Shown: one piece after another, positions 39,880 to 52,470 of the stretch
How positions within the stretch are numbered: position 1 is the first letter of the stretch
Layout of the letters: each line of letters begins with the position of its first letter
Assembly (NCBI RefSeq): GCF_018977255.1
Contig: NW_024704742.1
Coordinates: forward strand, 73,906,001-73,970,000
DNA from: Callorhinchus milii
Lineage: Eukaryota
Length of the DNA stretch: 64,000 nucleotides
Direction of reading: 5' to 3'
The notes under the pieces: generated by a model
The model's database searches: none
The model's input: only the letters and a program-made list of their open reading frames with translations
Told to the model about the DNA's origin: nothing
Translations under genes and position numbers: made by a program

Positions 39880-40114
39880 AGCCCTGCCCCTGCCCCTGCC
39901 CCTGCCCTGCCCCTGCCCTGCCCTGCCCCTGCCCTGCCCTGCCCTGCCCCTGCCCTGCCCTGCCTGCCCTGCCCCTGCCCTGCCCTGCCCTGCCCTGCCC
40001 TGCCCTGCCTGCCCTGCCCTGCCCTGCCCTGCCCTGCCCTGCCCCTGTCCTGCCCTGCCCTGCCCCTGCCCCTGTCCTGCCCTGCCCTGCCCCTGCCCTG
40101 CCCCTGCCCTGCCC
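39880..40114 (+). repeat. (CTGCC/CTGCCC)n repeat; (GGGCA)n on the PARM1 sense strand
   Basis: Directly visible. Confidence 0.97.
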
Positions 40115-40279
40115 GGCTCCTCGCTGCCAGCCCAGTGCCCTCCCTCCCCGGGTCTGTTTGCTGGGTTACCGACGTTATTAAGACAGCCGAGAGGGCTCGG
40201 CCGGGGCCGGGGCCGGGGAGGGGACCGGGGACGGGGAGGGGACCGGGGACGGTAACGCGAAATAAAGGAATAAACTTAC

Positions 40280-40322
40280 CCGCAGCAACGAGGAGGAGAG
40301 CGAGGATCAGTGCGCGGGACAT
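40280..40322 (-). CDS. PARM1: PARM1 coding exon 1 (signal peptide MSRALILALLLVAA)
   Basis: ATG at 40322 inside a CpG island; hydrophobic signal-like peptide; donor G|GTAAGT. Phase 1 joins the mucin exon in frame (G+AC=Asp). Confidence 0.88.
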
Positions 40323-40396
40323 CGCTGCCGGTGACCGCTCCGCTCCGCTCAGGGCACTGCTCAACCCCCAGTGCGGGTACCGCGGGGCTCACATAC

Positions 40397-40428
<32 letters not shown>

Positions 40429-40496
40429 CACACACACACCACAGGCACTCACCCACTGACCGACTGTCAGCGCTGAACCAAACCCTCTGCACAACC

Positions 40497-40744
40497 TGTG
40501 AGTGTGAGTGTGTGTGTGTGAGTGAGTGTGTGTGAGTGTGAGAGTGTGTGTGTGAGTGTGTGTGTGTGAGTGTGTGTGAGTGAGTGTGTGTGAGTGTGAG
40601 AGTGTGTGTGTGAGTGAGTGAGTGAGTGAGTGTGTGTGTGAGTGTGAGTGAGTGTGTGTGAGAGTGTGAGTGAGTGTGTGTGAGTGTGAGTGAGTGAGTG
40701 AGTGAGTGAGTGAGTGTGTGTGTGAGTGAGTGAGTGAGTGTGAG
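40497..40744 (+). repeat. Compound (TG)n/(GAGT)n microsatellite just upstream of PARM1 exon 1
   Basis: Directly visible. Confidence 0.97.
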
Positions 40745-40802
40745 GGAGAGGAGCCCGCGCTCAGTGACAGTCAATAGCCACAAGTGTCAGTGTGCACTGA
40801 CT

Positions 40803-41345
40803 GCCGTGATCCAGGAGGACAAGGAGGCAGAGAGAGCCCTGGTCACAGATAGAGAGTATGTCGTTTGTGACTTTCACAAGTGCAGTCTCTGTACTGTGGG
40901 CGGAAACCGGACTGGAGGGGTTCGAAGAGGGAGTGGGAAGAGAGGTGTGCGCGAAGTTGATTGGCAACAATGCGTTCTAGGACTTTTGCGAGGAAGGGCA
41001 GGTTAGAAATAGAATGGTATGGCTGGGGTTTGAGCAATCTAGGGAAGATTTTTTGAGGAGGAGGGTGATGACAGCAGTTTTGAGGAGGGCAGGGACTGAT
41101 CTGGAGGAGAGGGACTGGTTGATGACGTCAGCCAGTAGTGGGCAGAGGAGGGGGAGCTGGGTGACCAGCAAGTTGGTGGGGAGGGGGTTGAGGCAGCAGG
41201 TGGTGGGTTTCATGGAGGTGATGGTGGGTGAGAGGAAGGAAGGAGAGATGGGGAGGAAGGAATGTAGGATGGGGATGGTGGTAGGAGTAGATGATGGGGA
41301 GGGTGAGGGGGACAGAGAGGGGGTGGTGCTGGGTGTCAAGAGGCT
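40803..41345 (-). mobile_element. L2 RT fragment
   Basis: ISNLPFLAKVLE, QSGFRP, HSTETALVKVTNDIL motifs. Confidence 0.85.
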
Positions 41346-42112
41346 GCCTGGCAACAAGCCGGGCAACAAGCTATAAACGTGTTTGCAATAACTCTAAAAC
41401 ACCCACCTTTACTCAGGAGATCCTGCATTCTGAAAAATCGAAGCAGCTGACTTATACTCTAGGGATTAAGCACAGATACGAACGTGAATGGCTCCTCGAC
41501 AATTGCGTTTTTAGTGTAACTTTAATGCTCAGGGAATCAATGTTTTGATAGAGATTGTCCTAATTCCCATCTTGATGTTCATCACTGAGGCTCACAGTAC
41601 AGATGATTTATGAGTCAATGAATTACTAAGGTGAATAAAGATTAACAAAGTTTGAAAAGGTCATTGCATTGGGATTGAAAATGTATACTAACTGTGGGAC
41701 TACTGCAATAGTATATACCAGGGACCTTCTTCATGTCCTCTAGGTGAAGTAAAGGTGAAGTTCTATTGTGAGAGGCTCCTTGGCATCAATTAAATTAATG
41801 TATAATCTTCTAAACAAGGAACATTAAAATTAGTTTTTATCCACAAAATAATAATTGTTATTTGGAGTGAGTTTCAGGATCTTTATTGTCAGAAAAGAAG
41901 AATTGGGGAATCAATTTGACTCCCCCCAAAAGATCGGCGAAAATAATTTTGAAACATAAAAATACTCTGTAAGTCAAGCCAGATACTCTCAGTACATTAA
42001 TTGCATTTTTGTAAAAAGAAAAGCTTCACAGATGAAGGCAATGAATCCAATCCAAAAGCGAAGAATGGACACTCAATGCAAATCGAGGTGTGCATTCTGA
42101 AACCCACCTTAA

Positions 42113-42350
42113 TACAACAACAACAACAAGATTCCATTTATAGAGCACCTTTCACGTCGGGAGGACGTCCCAAGGCGCTGTACAGTTGTGTCAGGACCCG
42201 AGCAGGGGGAAATGGTCGGTGAGGGAGGAAGGAGGGACGAGGAGGGGGTAGAGAGTTGAGAGGGGAGCTGAAGGCACGGTCAAAGAGAAAGGTCTTGAGA
42301 CCGGCCTTGAAGAAGGAAAGGGAGGAAGCGGCGAAGGCACTGGGGTATAG
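42113..42350 (-). mobile_element. L2 3' end
   Basis: Near-identical to the ends at 18230-18472 and 28338-28625. Confidence 0.85.
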
Positions 42351-44118
42351 AGATAATAACAATCCATGTATTTAATATAGCGCCTATTGCATCTGTGTGC
42401 CTATTGCATGGTGCACCAATCCCCAGAACCAGTAGTGCAGCAAGGTGAGTTTGGGGATACCCATAATGGGAGGTTGACCTGATGTTTGTTTTTTGCATCC
42501 CATTTTGAGCCGATTTTTGCATCCCATAAAGTAACGTAGGATTAACTGCGCCGTATAATCTGAAAGGTGGCTTTTATTTGTTTTCACTTTTTCAGGTTGT
42601 GCATCAAAAGTATACAATTTATAGCATATGCTGTTAACAATTGCAACTGTTTGCCCTGTTTTTGTAAATATATCTTCAAAGGATAAAAACTAATGTGATC
42701 CTCACATTTAACATTTTGACCTTTAACCAGGGATCTTGGGAGATAAGTTTGGCTAAGACCAGATTACTTAAGTAATTGTATTGGAATGGTTCATTGTTAA
42801 TGGATCCTCCAGTTGTTCACCAATCATTCCACTAGTTCTCTGTTCTGTACCTAACAGAGCTGAATATTTCACAGGCAAAATCAGAAATAGCTGTCTGAAG
42901 TGCCTTCCTTTTTATCAGAACAGGAAGCCAGTGGGTTGCATATTTCATGAAGAACCTCTAATTCCCAGGGGAGATTTCATTCCTCTCCCTGTTGCTGGCT
43001 GCACATTGCACTAAATGTTTGCATTGCATCATAACCTTTTTTTTAATGATGGACTTTTATGCTTGGTGAATGCAGAGTCACATAACTAGTTGATGAGGGG
43101 ATTATGATTAGTCTCATTATCTCTGAGTTGGGCCAGCCAAGGTTCAACGGGAACTGACTTGTAGCAGTGTCCCAAGATAGGCAAGCTCGCCTTGCTCCTT
43201 GAATATTCAGTAAAAATCTAGTCACTCAATTAATACGAAACTCCAGTTATCTGTAAGGTTTGGTTCTCTTGATTTGCCATATTCTTTATTTTGTAAAAAC
43301 TATAATTTTAGATCAGACTTCACCAAGTATGTGAACTGTGAGTTTTTTTAAGTCAATTTTGAACTTTGGAAAATAACTTCCAAGTTGGGTCTTACAGCAA
43401 ACCATCTAAAATAATTATTAATGTGGACTTGAATAATAATCCTTGCAGTTGATATGGTACCTTTCATATTGGGGGTAACATCTTAAAACGCTTCATGGGA
43501 TTTACTGTTAAGTGTAATCACTGTATTTTGAGGTCAAACACAGCAACCAATTTGCACACAGCAGTGTCCCACAACCCGCCATTAAGTGAATGACCAATTT
43601 TAATGTGGGAATTGTGGACCAGAACACCAGGAGAAGCTTCCTTCATGTTTCAAATAATGCCATGGGATCTTTAACATGCACCTGAACAGGTTTAAGGTCT
43701 AATCTGAAGGACATCATCTCTGACAATTCAGCATCCCACCCCAGCACTTAATTGGAGTGTCAGCCTGGACTGTGAGCTCAAAGTCCTAATGTGTCGCTTG
43801 AACCCACAACCTGACTCGGGAGAGTGTGAGAGAGAATATAGAGAAGAATGACTGAGAGAAGCTCCCTTACTTCAGAAAGAGATGTAAATATCTGCAAACT
43901 ACATTCACAGCAGAAAAGTCAATACAAAATGATGCAATTTATGGATTTCATTCTTTTCTTTATTATCAGGTGTATACATTTAGTACAATTGGGTCCATAT
44001 ACAGCATTTTTTGTGGTAACATATGGTTAACTACATATAATTTAAATGAACACAGGATATATTTTATATAAGGTAAATCTTGTTAGATTATAACAACATC
44101 CTATCTTTATCTTTTCAG

Positions 44119-44198
44119 TATGTAACTTCATGTCTCACGAAAAATGTTTGAAGAATGTGAGGACTCTTTGCTCGTGTCTGGCAGCAAACCTTGTGAAG
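44119..44198 (+). CDS. DGKQ: DGKQ exon 2 equivalent (VCNFMSHEKCLKNVRTLCSCLAANLVK; second half of C1A)
   Basis: cttttcAG| ... AAG|GTAAGT; recognisable DGK-theta C1 peptide. Confidence 0.92.
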
Positions 44199-46523
44199 GT
44201 AAGTGACTTCAGAGCTTGTGCAATGACATAACCATGGTTTAAAACCTTATGGACCTGATGCATGTTGAACACAAAAGTAAAGTGTGATGTTTATACTGTC
44301 TTTATCACAGTGGTTCAGGATTAGTGTGAAGTTACAGTTGTATTTCACAATGTTGCTTTAAATCTAGGAAATATAAAACGTTAAATGTTTTTCTTTTGTA
44401 CCAGTGTGTAGTTGTAACGATGCATTGGTCTGGAGTATTATAAAGCATGATAATTGTTGCTCAAATACTTATTTTAACACTATTCTGATCTTATCTTTAC
44501 AAAGATTTCCGTTGATGTTTAAACAGAACTAATTCATTCGTCAGATCACCTAGAGAACTCAGAAGAGGCTAACCACATTTCTGTCTCCAAAACACATTTC
44601 ATGGAATTTGCCTTTGATCTAAAATATCAATATGCTTGTCTAAGGCAATATCTTGTCTACTGTAATATTATGTGGGTGGTGGTACCAAACAGGAGGAGAG
44701 ATTCACCTTAAGAACCATTTCAAGAATACAACTCAGGCATTTATTTTAAAGGTGACATCCATTTTGTTGTCACTTTTTTTAAAAAACACAAAATGAATTT
44801 GAACAGTGAGTGAGTGGTATGTGTGGGCGTTAATGGAGGAACTGAAATAACTTTGGCAGGGATACTGTCATTAACTTGACTTCTTGAGAACTCGTGTGGT
44901 TTCAGCTGTGTGGTGTTCATTCCAAGTCTGTATCACCAGGGATTTCACCAGCAGTAGTTGTTTATACACACTAGAGAAGGAGAAAGAGAGGGGAAGATTT
45001 AAAAATATACTTTTAAATATCTTTTGTTGCCTTTTCCTTTTTTATTTTAACGAGACATTAATAACAAGATCCCTGCCCTAGCATTTCAGCAAAATCAAGA
45101 AATGACGTTATTTGGGTTTCGGTGGTAATAGTGCTATTTATTTCAAATCTTTTTGGTCAGCCTAGCATCTATCGGATACATACAGGAACCTCTCCTGTGC
45201 TTAAGAGTATTCAAATTGGACTGAGAGTTCTAAATATCTACACATGGAAATGTCCCTAAATCTGAATTGGAATGCTTACACTCTCTCTGGAGGGTCGCAT
45301 CCTACGTACCTAATTCCAGAGAGTGTTAGGAGGAGGTTGGTAAGAGCCAAGGCTAGAGTGAGTAGGGGTACAGCTGAACGTTAACCAGCTAAAACTGCAC
45401 AGCTTGCCATTTGGAGCACTGCGTGTAAAGCCTTGTACTGTTTTTCCAGCTAAGATTACGCATTAGGGCTTGCAGGGTTAAGAGTAGCCGAATGGGAAGA
45501 ATTCCTGTCCCCAGGAATTAGAGAGTATTCAGACTGGTTTTGATACCCTCTTCAGAAATGTGTTTACTTAAAACTTGGACCAAATTGTTAAATACTGTGG
45601 TCTTATTTCCAGTATTACTTAAAGGGATTCCAAAATAAAAAGCAAATTGATGTGGGAATAAAGATAACTATGGCTAAGGAAAATCTAGTTCTCAGTCTTA
45701 GTGTCAATTAATCCTATGAGATCCCTCTGGCCTAGAAACTGGACTGAATAGTAACAGCCATATTTATACTGCTGTCAACCTGCAAGAGCTAGATTGAGGT
45801 CACCTCGTCTAAGCTGAGACGCAAATGTAGTATTGAGAGTACATTGCATTGTCGGAGATGCCGTACCTTGGATGAGATGTTAAAGCAAGGTCCTGTCTGC
45901 CTGTTCAAGTAGATGTTAAAGATTCCGTGGCACTTCTTAAAAAGAGTGGTGTCCTGGTCCATAATCCCCAAATAAAATTGGTGATTTGTTTCAAGGCTGT
46001 TTGTGGGACATTGCTGTGAGCAATTGGGCTGCCGGGTTAACCTGTAAATGTACTACTGTCACTCCCATTCACAGTAGATCCTGAGAAGCGCTTTACCAAA
46101 TACAAAGTGAAAGGCCATACCAAATACAAGAATTATTAGTATTTATTATAATTTCCCTTTTACACATTGCTATCTATTGTGCATCTACAGCTTTCTGTAC
46201 ATGAGTCCTACTTGGCACACCACATTCTCCTAACCAGGAGGTGGGACGCCTTGCTTCCTGGTGTCAATAATCCTATTCTACATCTAGCTGCTGGAAGTTG
46301 AGAGGGACCTGGATTGACTAGCCCATTGATATTTTGTTTTAAGATACTCCTTATCAGGAAGCACATTGCCTCTACTCATTGGGCATAATAGACCAGCTGA
46401 GGTTAGAGTTAGTCTGTGACTCTGTGGGATGCAAGGTCAGATTTCTTCATTCTACTATTGGAACATTAATGACCTGTACCAGATGACTGCTACACTATTT
46501 ATCAATAAAGAGATCTGTAGTTT

Positions 46524-46706
46524 CAAAGTTGGTGTCAGTAATCCATCAATTTAAATGTAGTACACCAGCAAAGTTGGTGTCAATAATCCATCAGTTTAAA
46601 TGTAGTACACCAGCAAAGTTGGTGTCAGTAATCCATCAATTTAAATGTAATACACCAGCAAAGTTGGTGTCAGTAATCCATCAATTTAAATGTAGTACAC
46701 CAGCAA
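46524..46706 (+). repeat. 45-bp tandem repeat x4
   Basis: Unit aaagttggtgtcagtaatccatcaatttaaatgtagtacaccagc. Confidence 0.95.
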
Positions 46707-46745
46707 CTAACGTGGTTATAAAGTGGGATACGTTTATTTTTCTAG

Positions 46746-46848
46746 ATTCCTGTGGCGCACTGTCTTGGGGCTCCTGGACAGTACAAAAAGAAATTTTGCT
46801 CTGTATGTAGAAAACAACTGGAGGAGACTCCTGCAATACGATGTGAAG
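46746..46848 (+). CDS. DGKQ: DGKQ exon (IPVAHCLGAPGQYKKKFCSVCRKQLEETPAIRCE; C1B)
   Basis: AG/GT boundaries, phase 0-1, Cys/His C1 pattern. Confidence 0.92.
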
Positions 46849-47430
46849 GTACAGAGATGATGTTTCATTATTTGCACTTTATGAAGAAAAGTATCTATAA
46901 TAGGAAAAAAAAGTTACCTGAAGCAGAATAAATCCTCTCTAATGATATTATATCAAGTTAGCAGCAACGATTATTGCATCCATCGAAAATGTTCATATCT
47001 GTATAAAAACATTTCTGCTTTCCAGTTCACGTATTCATCCCAGAAATAGTACGCATCTACTTTTGTTTGGTCTCTGGCACACATGGAAGTCCAACACCAT
47101 GCTTAAGAGAATCCAAACTAGACTGAGAATTCCACATGTGTAAGAAAATTTCCCTTTGCCTGGGATGGAATGCACTCTCCTTTCCTAATCCCAGAATCTA
47201 TTGGGTGCAAGTTGCAAAGATCCAAAATTTGGGGACTGTAGAGTGTACTGATGGAAGTTAACCAGCTAACGCTGAATAGCTTTGCCATTGTGAAAATTGT
47301 CTGACAAACTTCCTGCTGCTTGTTCAGCTAGAATCCTTACCCCAAGTGCCTGTTATACCAAAGTCCTGTTGCCAATGAACCCGGCTGGCGTGTGTGTCAT
47401 CAGCAGAGCCTGGAGGATTATATAGAGGAT

Positions 47431-47743
47431 TGTGGAGTCCTGTAGCTCAGTGGTTAGAGCACTCGCTTTGCAAGCGAGAGACCTGAGTTCAATTCCAGGC
47501 AGAGGGCGAAACCTTGGGCAAGTTTCCTTACTTCACACACCTAATAATAATCCCTCCAAAACCAAAAACAATAATAAATTTTCAATTTACGACTGCTTGT
47601 GGGACATTGCTGTGCGCAATTGGCTGCCGCGTTTGCCCACAAATATACAGTCAATTCACTTTACAGTGTGTTCTGTGAAGCGCTTTGGGACGTCCTCCCG
47701 ACATGAAAAGCGCTATGTCAAATGCAAGGATTATTATTATTAT
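47431..47743 (+). mobile_element. tRNA-Ala-derived SINE nested in an unclassified repeat
   Basis: A and B boxes; (ATT)n tail; its 3' half closely matches 1750-1965. Confidence 0.88.
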
Positions 47744-48674
47744 ATGTACTTGGCTCAATAACTGGACTACTGAGAAATAGTATAAAATTGATTTGACTAC
47801 AGTAAAAAGTGTTGATCGCTGACAGTAATTACTTGATACATAATAGGTAGAAATGAGACTATTGCAGAATTAATTCAAAATGCAAGCATGTGCTGTGTTT
47901 GCTAACCTGTCCCCAACCCCACACCCCTTGTGTTTGTACAGTCTTTGTAAAAGTCCATGATTTACTCTCTTTTGCCCAGTGTACCTGCACTGTGTGCTTC
48001 TTGTGGCCAAGCAGGAAGGCTAGAAACTAACCTCTGCCAATGCTGCACTTTAATTGAGAGGCATGGATAGTTATACCACATAAATTGGGATGAATCGATG
48101 GATGTGCCTGTAACACTATGGGATATATCGAATGTCATTATCACAGTACCCCTGAAACTTCTCTAAAAGTTGAGCATTAAAGGGCTACCCAAGTGTCAGT
48201 GAGAAATTAAACTAACACAGAGAATGGTGAATGGGTGCTGAGTAATTTGTTAAAAATACATAAAACTGGGAAAAAAAAGTCTTTATAAACTTTATACTGA
48301 AAGGTCAAGAGTCCACTAATTATTTACTATTATTTTGCTGCCCTTGGGAAGAAATAGCCTCAGCTTTTGTGCTGTTTTAAGACCACTTCCTCTCGATGCA
48401 CAACTCACCATCACAGCTATCACAAATGCTACTTCAGTCCTCACACCATCTTCTCTACTAAATCCTCTAATGTGTCAAAAGGTTTATTTAACATCACCGC
48501 TTTAAACATCCACATGAAAACGTACATATCTGCATAAAATAAAACAGTTTACGGTTTAAATAAAACAAATTTGGCAAACAAGACAAGTTTTGCAAAGCAG
48601 AGTAAACTTAACTCATGGCAACAGAAATAGAATTGTTCTTTAAAAAAAAGGCAAGATACTGCAGATCCTGGAAA

Positions 48675-49224
48675 TTTATCTTCTATATACCTATACTAAT
48701 AATCTTCTATACTAATAAAATTACAATGTCTGTCTGAGTTTCAAGATGGATCTCAATAACCGATTGACGTAGAAATATGATTTATACCTCATCAGAAAGG
48801 TCTTGTTTTTGGGTATCTCCTATCGTTCATGAATTATATTCAGTTTTCGCTGCAATTATACCTGGTGACCGCGGAATCAAAGTGACGCTGTGGCATCGTG
48901 CGTTACAGAGCACGTAGATATGTACCCCTGCACTGCAGTTACACCTGGTGGCCGCGCCGGCTGACCGTGGCGTTGTGGCATCCTGCGTCATAGACCACGC
49001 AAGTAGCCAAGCGGTGGGAACAAAATTAAAAACATAAGCTAAGTCGCAGCAAAAACAACAAAATTACATTTTTAAAGCGCCAAGTCCTCCCACTGAATCC
49101 TCCCAAAAGGAGTCCTCCCAGATGAGTTTAGATAAAGATGAAATGTCTGTCTGTGTGTCTGTCTGTGTGTCAATGTATATTCCATATTGGGTCCTTTGGT
49201 TGCAAGTGAAGCTGCAACGGCTAG
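48675..49224 (+). mobile_element. Non-autonomous Helitron-like element, copy 2
   Basis: Reiterated CTATACTAATA 5' motifs; GTTGCA-N8-TGCAAC hairpin; CTAG|T end; splits a host repeat at ggaaa|tctgaa with no TSD. Confidence 0.78.
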
Positions 49225-51252
49225 TCTGAAATAAAAACGGAAGTTGCTGAGAACACTTAGCAGGTCAGGCAGCATCTATGGAGAGAGGAAAGTGAGTTAA
49301 GGTTCCAGGTCGAGTGTTCCCAGCAACTTCTGTTGTTAGCTTAGAATTGTTCTTTGTTGGGCCAATTCATAGAGAGCTTTGCTGTGTGTGTGACCAGCAA
49401 AAAAGTGAAATTGTGTCCCTAACTCTCATTACTCAACCTGAAAACCGAAATCATCACGGAAAAAGCAAAAATAAAGATGATGCACTAAAACAGCGTTGGA
49501 CTCTGTGCTGGAAGTAATGTTTGAATAGTTGAATTGAATTTGTAAGTGGATCAGGAGGTGCCTGGTTACAGTTAAACCGTTCTCTGGATGGTCTATGTTG
49601 GATAGCTCAATAATGTGAAGGAGTTTATTTTGGTGTCAAACCCCGCCACCCGCACATCTGTGAAACCACTGAAGTTGAATATAATTTGGTTGGTGTAGTA
49701 AAGGTGCTACACTAATGTTTAACAAATTGTGCCTGAGCTTCCAAAGTCAATGAAAGGCATTATTCATCTTGTTTTCATTATCGCTGTGCTGTTATAAGTC
49801 AAGTCACATTTTTCACTGGCAATTGTTGCCTTTTATTTTTTGTATTTTCTGACAATTTACACACAGAGTGATGAGATCAGGTTTAACAAATGAGTGGATG
49901 AGAAGCACTTTTAATGATACCACCTCCTCCTCGGTTCCAAACCACCCAAAATGTCTGCAAGTCTACCAGTCATCCCCCTAATGCACAGATATCTTATACA
50001 TCCAATGTATGTACCTGCATTCTGTACCATCTGTAACTCAATGTTAGTCTACAAATAATCACTCTACTTCGCAGAAAATTTCTAAAGCTCTTTGAGACGT
50101 TTCAAAGGTGCTATATTGAATGCAATTATAATTATTGACATGCTTTGCATTCTATGAAGTTTGGAGAGAGTATGTATTCTTTGCAATTCTCAATAAAAAT
50201 TCTCAAGCGATGTTGCCAATAAAAGCAACCTAAGTTATAGCTCGGGGCTCTTGGATCACAATCCATAACAACTATTACAACAGCACATCGCAGGACCCAA
50301 TGCAAACCGATTGCTACCATTTGCTCCTTACGCACCTCTCCAATATTGCACTGTTAGCTAAGCACAGAAATATGATGTTGCTCTGGGCACTATTCATTTT
50401 ATGTTTTGAAACTAATTTAAACAAACCAATGATGCATGATTTGAACACCAACCACATGTTCATTGAATAAAGGACAAAACTTGCATGGTTCCCAAGGTCT
50501 GATTATAATACTGCTTCCAAACAGATGCACTGGAATTTTGTGTATTCAGTTCGCTTACTGCATAACTCTCCTTTCATATGCAGACCTATCCTTGTTGTCT
50601 TGTTGAATGTGTAATTGTATATTACACAATTGTATATTACAGCGGACGTCCTCCCGACGTGAAAGGCGCTCTATAAATGGAATTTTGTTGTTGTTGTTGT
50701 ATATAGTGAATATAGTGAAATAGAGTGAATTCAGAGAGGAGAGAAAGCAGATGGTCAATTCGGTGCTATCGAGTTGCGTGCAAGAAAACTGCCCAACTGT
50801 GCAACAACAGGAAAACTTCGAGTATGTTGAAGCAGTATTTAAATGAATGAGCAAGCCACCACCAAATCATCTGGTTACATAATTGACCTTAGACAAATAG
50901 ATGTTTGTCCCCTGGGAAATGCTGTAAAAACAAAAGGTATTTGTTCTGTTTTTGTTCATTGTGTGGATAAAATCTTGAAGTGAAGCTTGTTGTAATACAC
51001 TATAAACACCAATAAGGCAACTTCGTAAGTTGAAATGGGAAGCAACAGGTTTTTGTGGTATGAGAAGAGAGGAAAAGAGTTGTAGTTCTAAGAGTCTTAT
51101 CTGACCATGTGTATAAACAGCCTGAAGTGTGCTTACAAAATTCATTTTAATTTCCACTTTTGTATGCAACTACTAATATTGCTCAGAACTTTATTCATTG
51201 TCATAATTGTGCATTTCTAAGGACATCTCCTCATTTTTTTTGCTTTCACTAG

Positions 51253-51338
51253 TGTGTGAGTTACACGTCCACACAGACTGTGCAGCATTCGCATGCAGTG
51301 ACTGCCGACGATGTCATCAAGATGGACAGCACGATCAT
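51253..51338 (+). CDS. DGKQ: DGKQ exon (VCELHVHTDCAAFACSDCRRCHQDGQHDH)
   Basis: AG/GTGAGT boundaries, phase 1-0, C1 residues. Confidence 0.93.
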
Positions 51339-51734
51339 GTGAGTATCCGACACAATCAGATTGCACCTATCTGTTACTAGTGAAACAACAGTCTTGTACC
51401 AATTGTGTTCATTGCCAAATAAGGTATAAGATCACAAGAGGGGTATGAAGACCATTTGATTCATCCTTCCTGTTCATACTGTAAATCTTCCTCTTTTTCA
51501 CTCAAAGATGACAATGTCCATGACAATAACAACACAAATCTTTTGTACCACAGCTCACTAAAGCTTCAGTAGGGTATGCTATCACTCCAGCTGCATTCTG
51601 GCAATTTGACCTCTGTCAGCACAAAAATCATTTGGGGAGTTTTCAAAAATTGGTTTGTTTTAATTATTGGCACATTTTACACAGTATATACTTGTCTTAT
51701 ATTGGTGAATTATTGCAAAGTTTATATATTCATT

Positions 51735-52100
51735 GTGGAGTCCTGTAGCTCAGTGGTTAGAGCACTCGCCTTGCAAGCGAGAGACCTGGGTTCGATTCCC
51801 GGCATAGTGAAACGTTGAGCAAGTTTCCTTACTCAACATGCCTCTGTTTCCCTAGCAGTAAAGAGGAACCTGGTTGTTAGGCGATTAGTGGATCACTTTT
51901 CCGGGATTAATAATCCCTTCAAAAAAAAATGTAGTCACTCAATCCACGATTGTTTGTATGACACTGCTGTGAGCAATTGGCTGTCGCGTTTCAGCCCACA
52001 AAATAAACAATCAATTCATTTTACAGTATATTCTGTGAAGCGCTTTGAGACATCGCGAAGACGTGATAAGGCGCTTTAGCAAATGCAAGGATTATTATTA
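51735..52100 (+). mobile_element. tRNA-Ala-derived SINE with intact A and B boxes
   Basis: TAGCTCAGTGG and GGTTCGATTCC boxes; anticodon loop CTTGCAA. Confidence 0.9.
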
Positions 52101-52344
52101 TAAAGATTTTTATTATTGTATTGAGACTCAACCAGCTATTGATGCATAAGTGTTCATCTGATCAAGAAGTGATACTTTCACATACTTTTACGGCATCAGT
52201 GATGCTGTAATAGGTTGTCAGTCAAAGTCATGTTTAATTTTAAAGGTACCATATCTGATTAGCAGGCTTTACCATGTGGAGGTTGAAGGGCTTGTATGTA
52301 TGAGAGCAGCACATTTTCATTCATTCATCCCAATTCTTTGACAG

Positions 52345-52470
52345 GATTTGTATCACCATCACTGGAGGGAAGGGAATCTCTCTTCTAATGCACGTTGTGA
52401 AGTCTGTAAGAAATCATGTGGTTCCTCGGAAGTCCTGTCAGGCATGCGATGTGAATGGTGCGGGACTATG
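52345..52470 (+). CDS. DGKQ: DGKQ exon (DLYHHHWREGNLSSNARCEVCKKSCGSSEVLSGMRCEWCGTM; C1C)
   Basis: DGK signature HHWxEGNL; AG/GTAAGT; phase 0-0. Confidence 0.95.

Larger units (their letters stand above)
39480..40480. promoter_or_regulatory. CpG island spanning PARM1 exon 1 / promoter
   Basis: Marked local rise in GC and CpG around the first exon, in an otherwise CpG-depleted window. Confidence 0.75.

Noticed and set aside
39446..40783. Long Pro/Cys/Ala, Gly/Arg and His/Thr ORFs
   Set aside because: Translations of mini- and microsatellites.
41380..41420. KTPTF peptide as a possible DGKQ exon 1 (KPTFCH)
   Set aside because: Lacks the Cys/His ligands and the DFIWG motif; no suitable donor.
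46524..46706. CRISPR-like array
   Set aside because: Head-to-tail near-identical units with no unique spacers; eukaryotic intron; no cas genes.
51735..51810. tRNA-Ala gene
   Set aside because: It has A/B boxes and an anticodon arm but no paired acceptor stem, and it continues into a SINE body repeated many times in the window.
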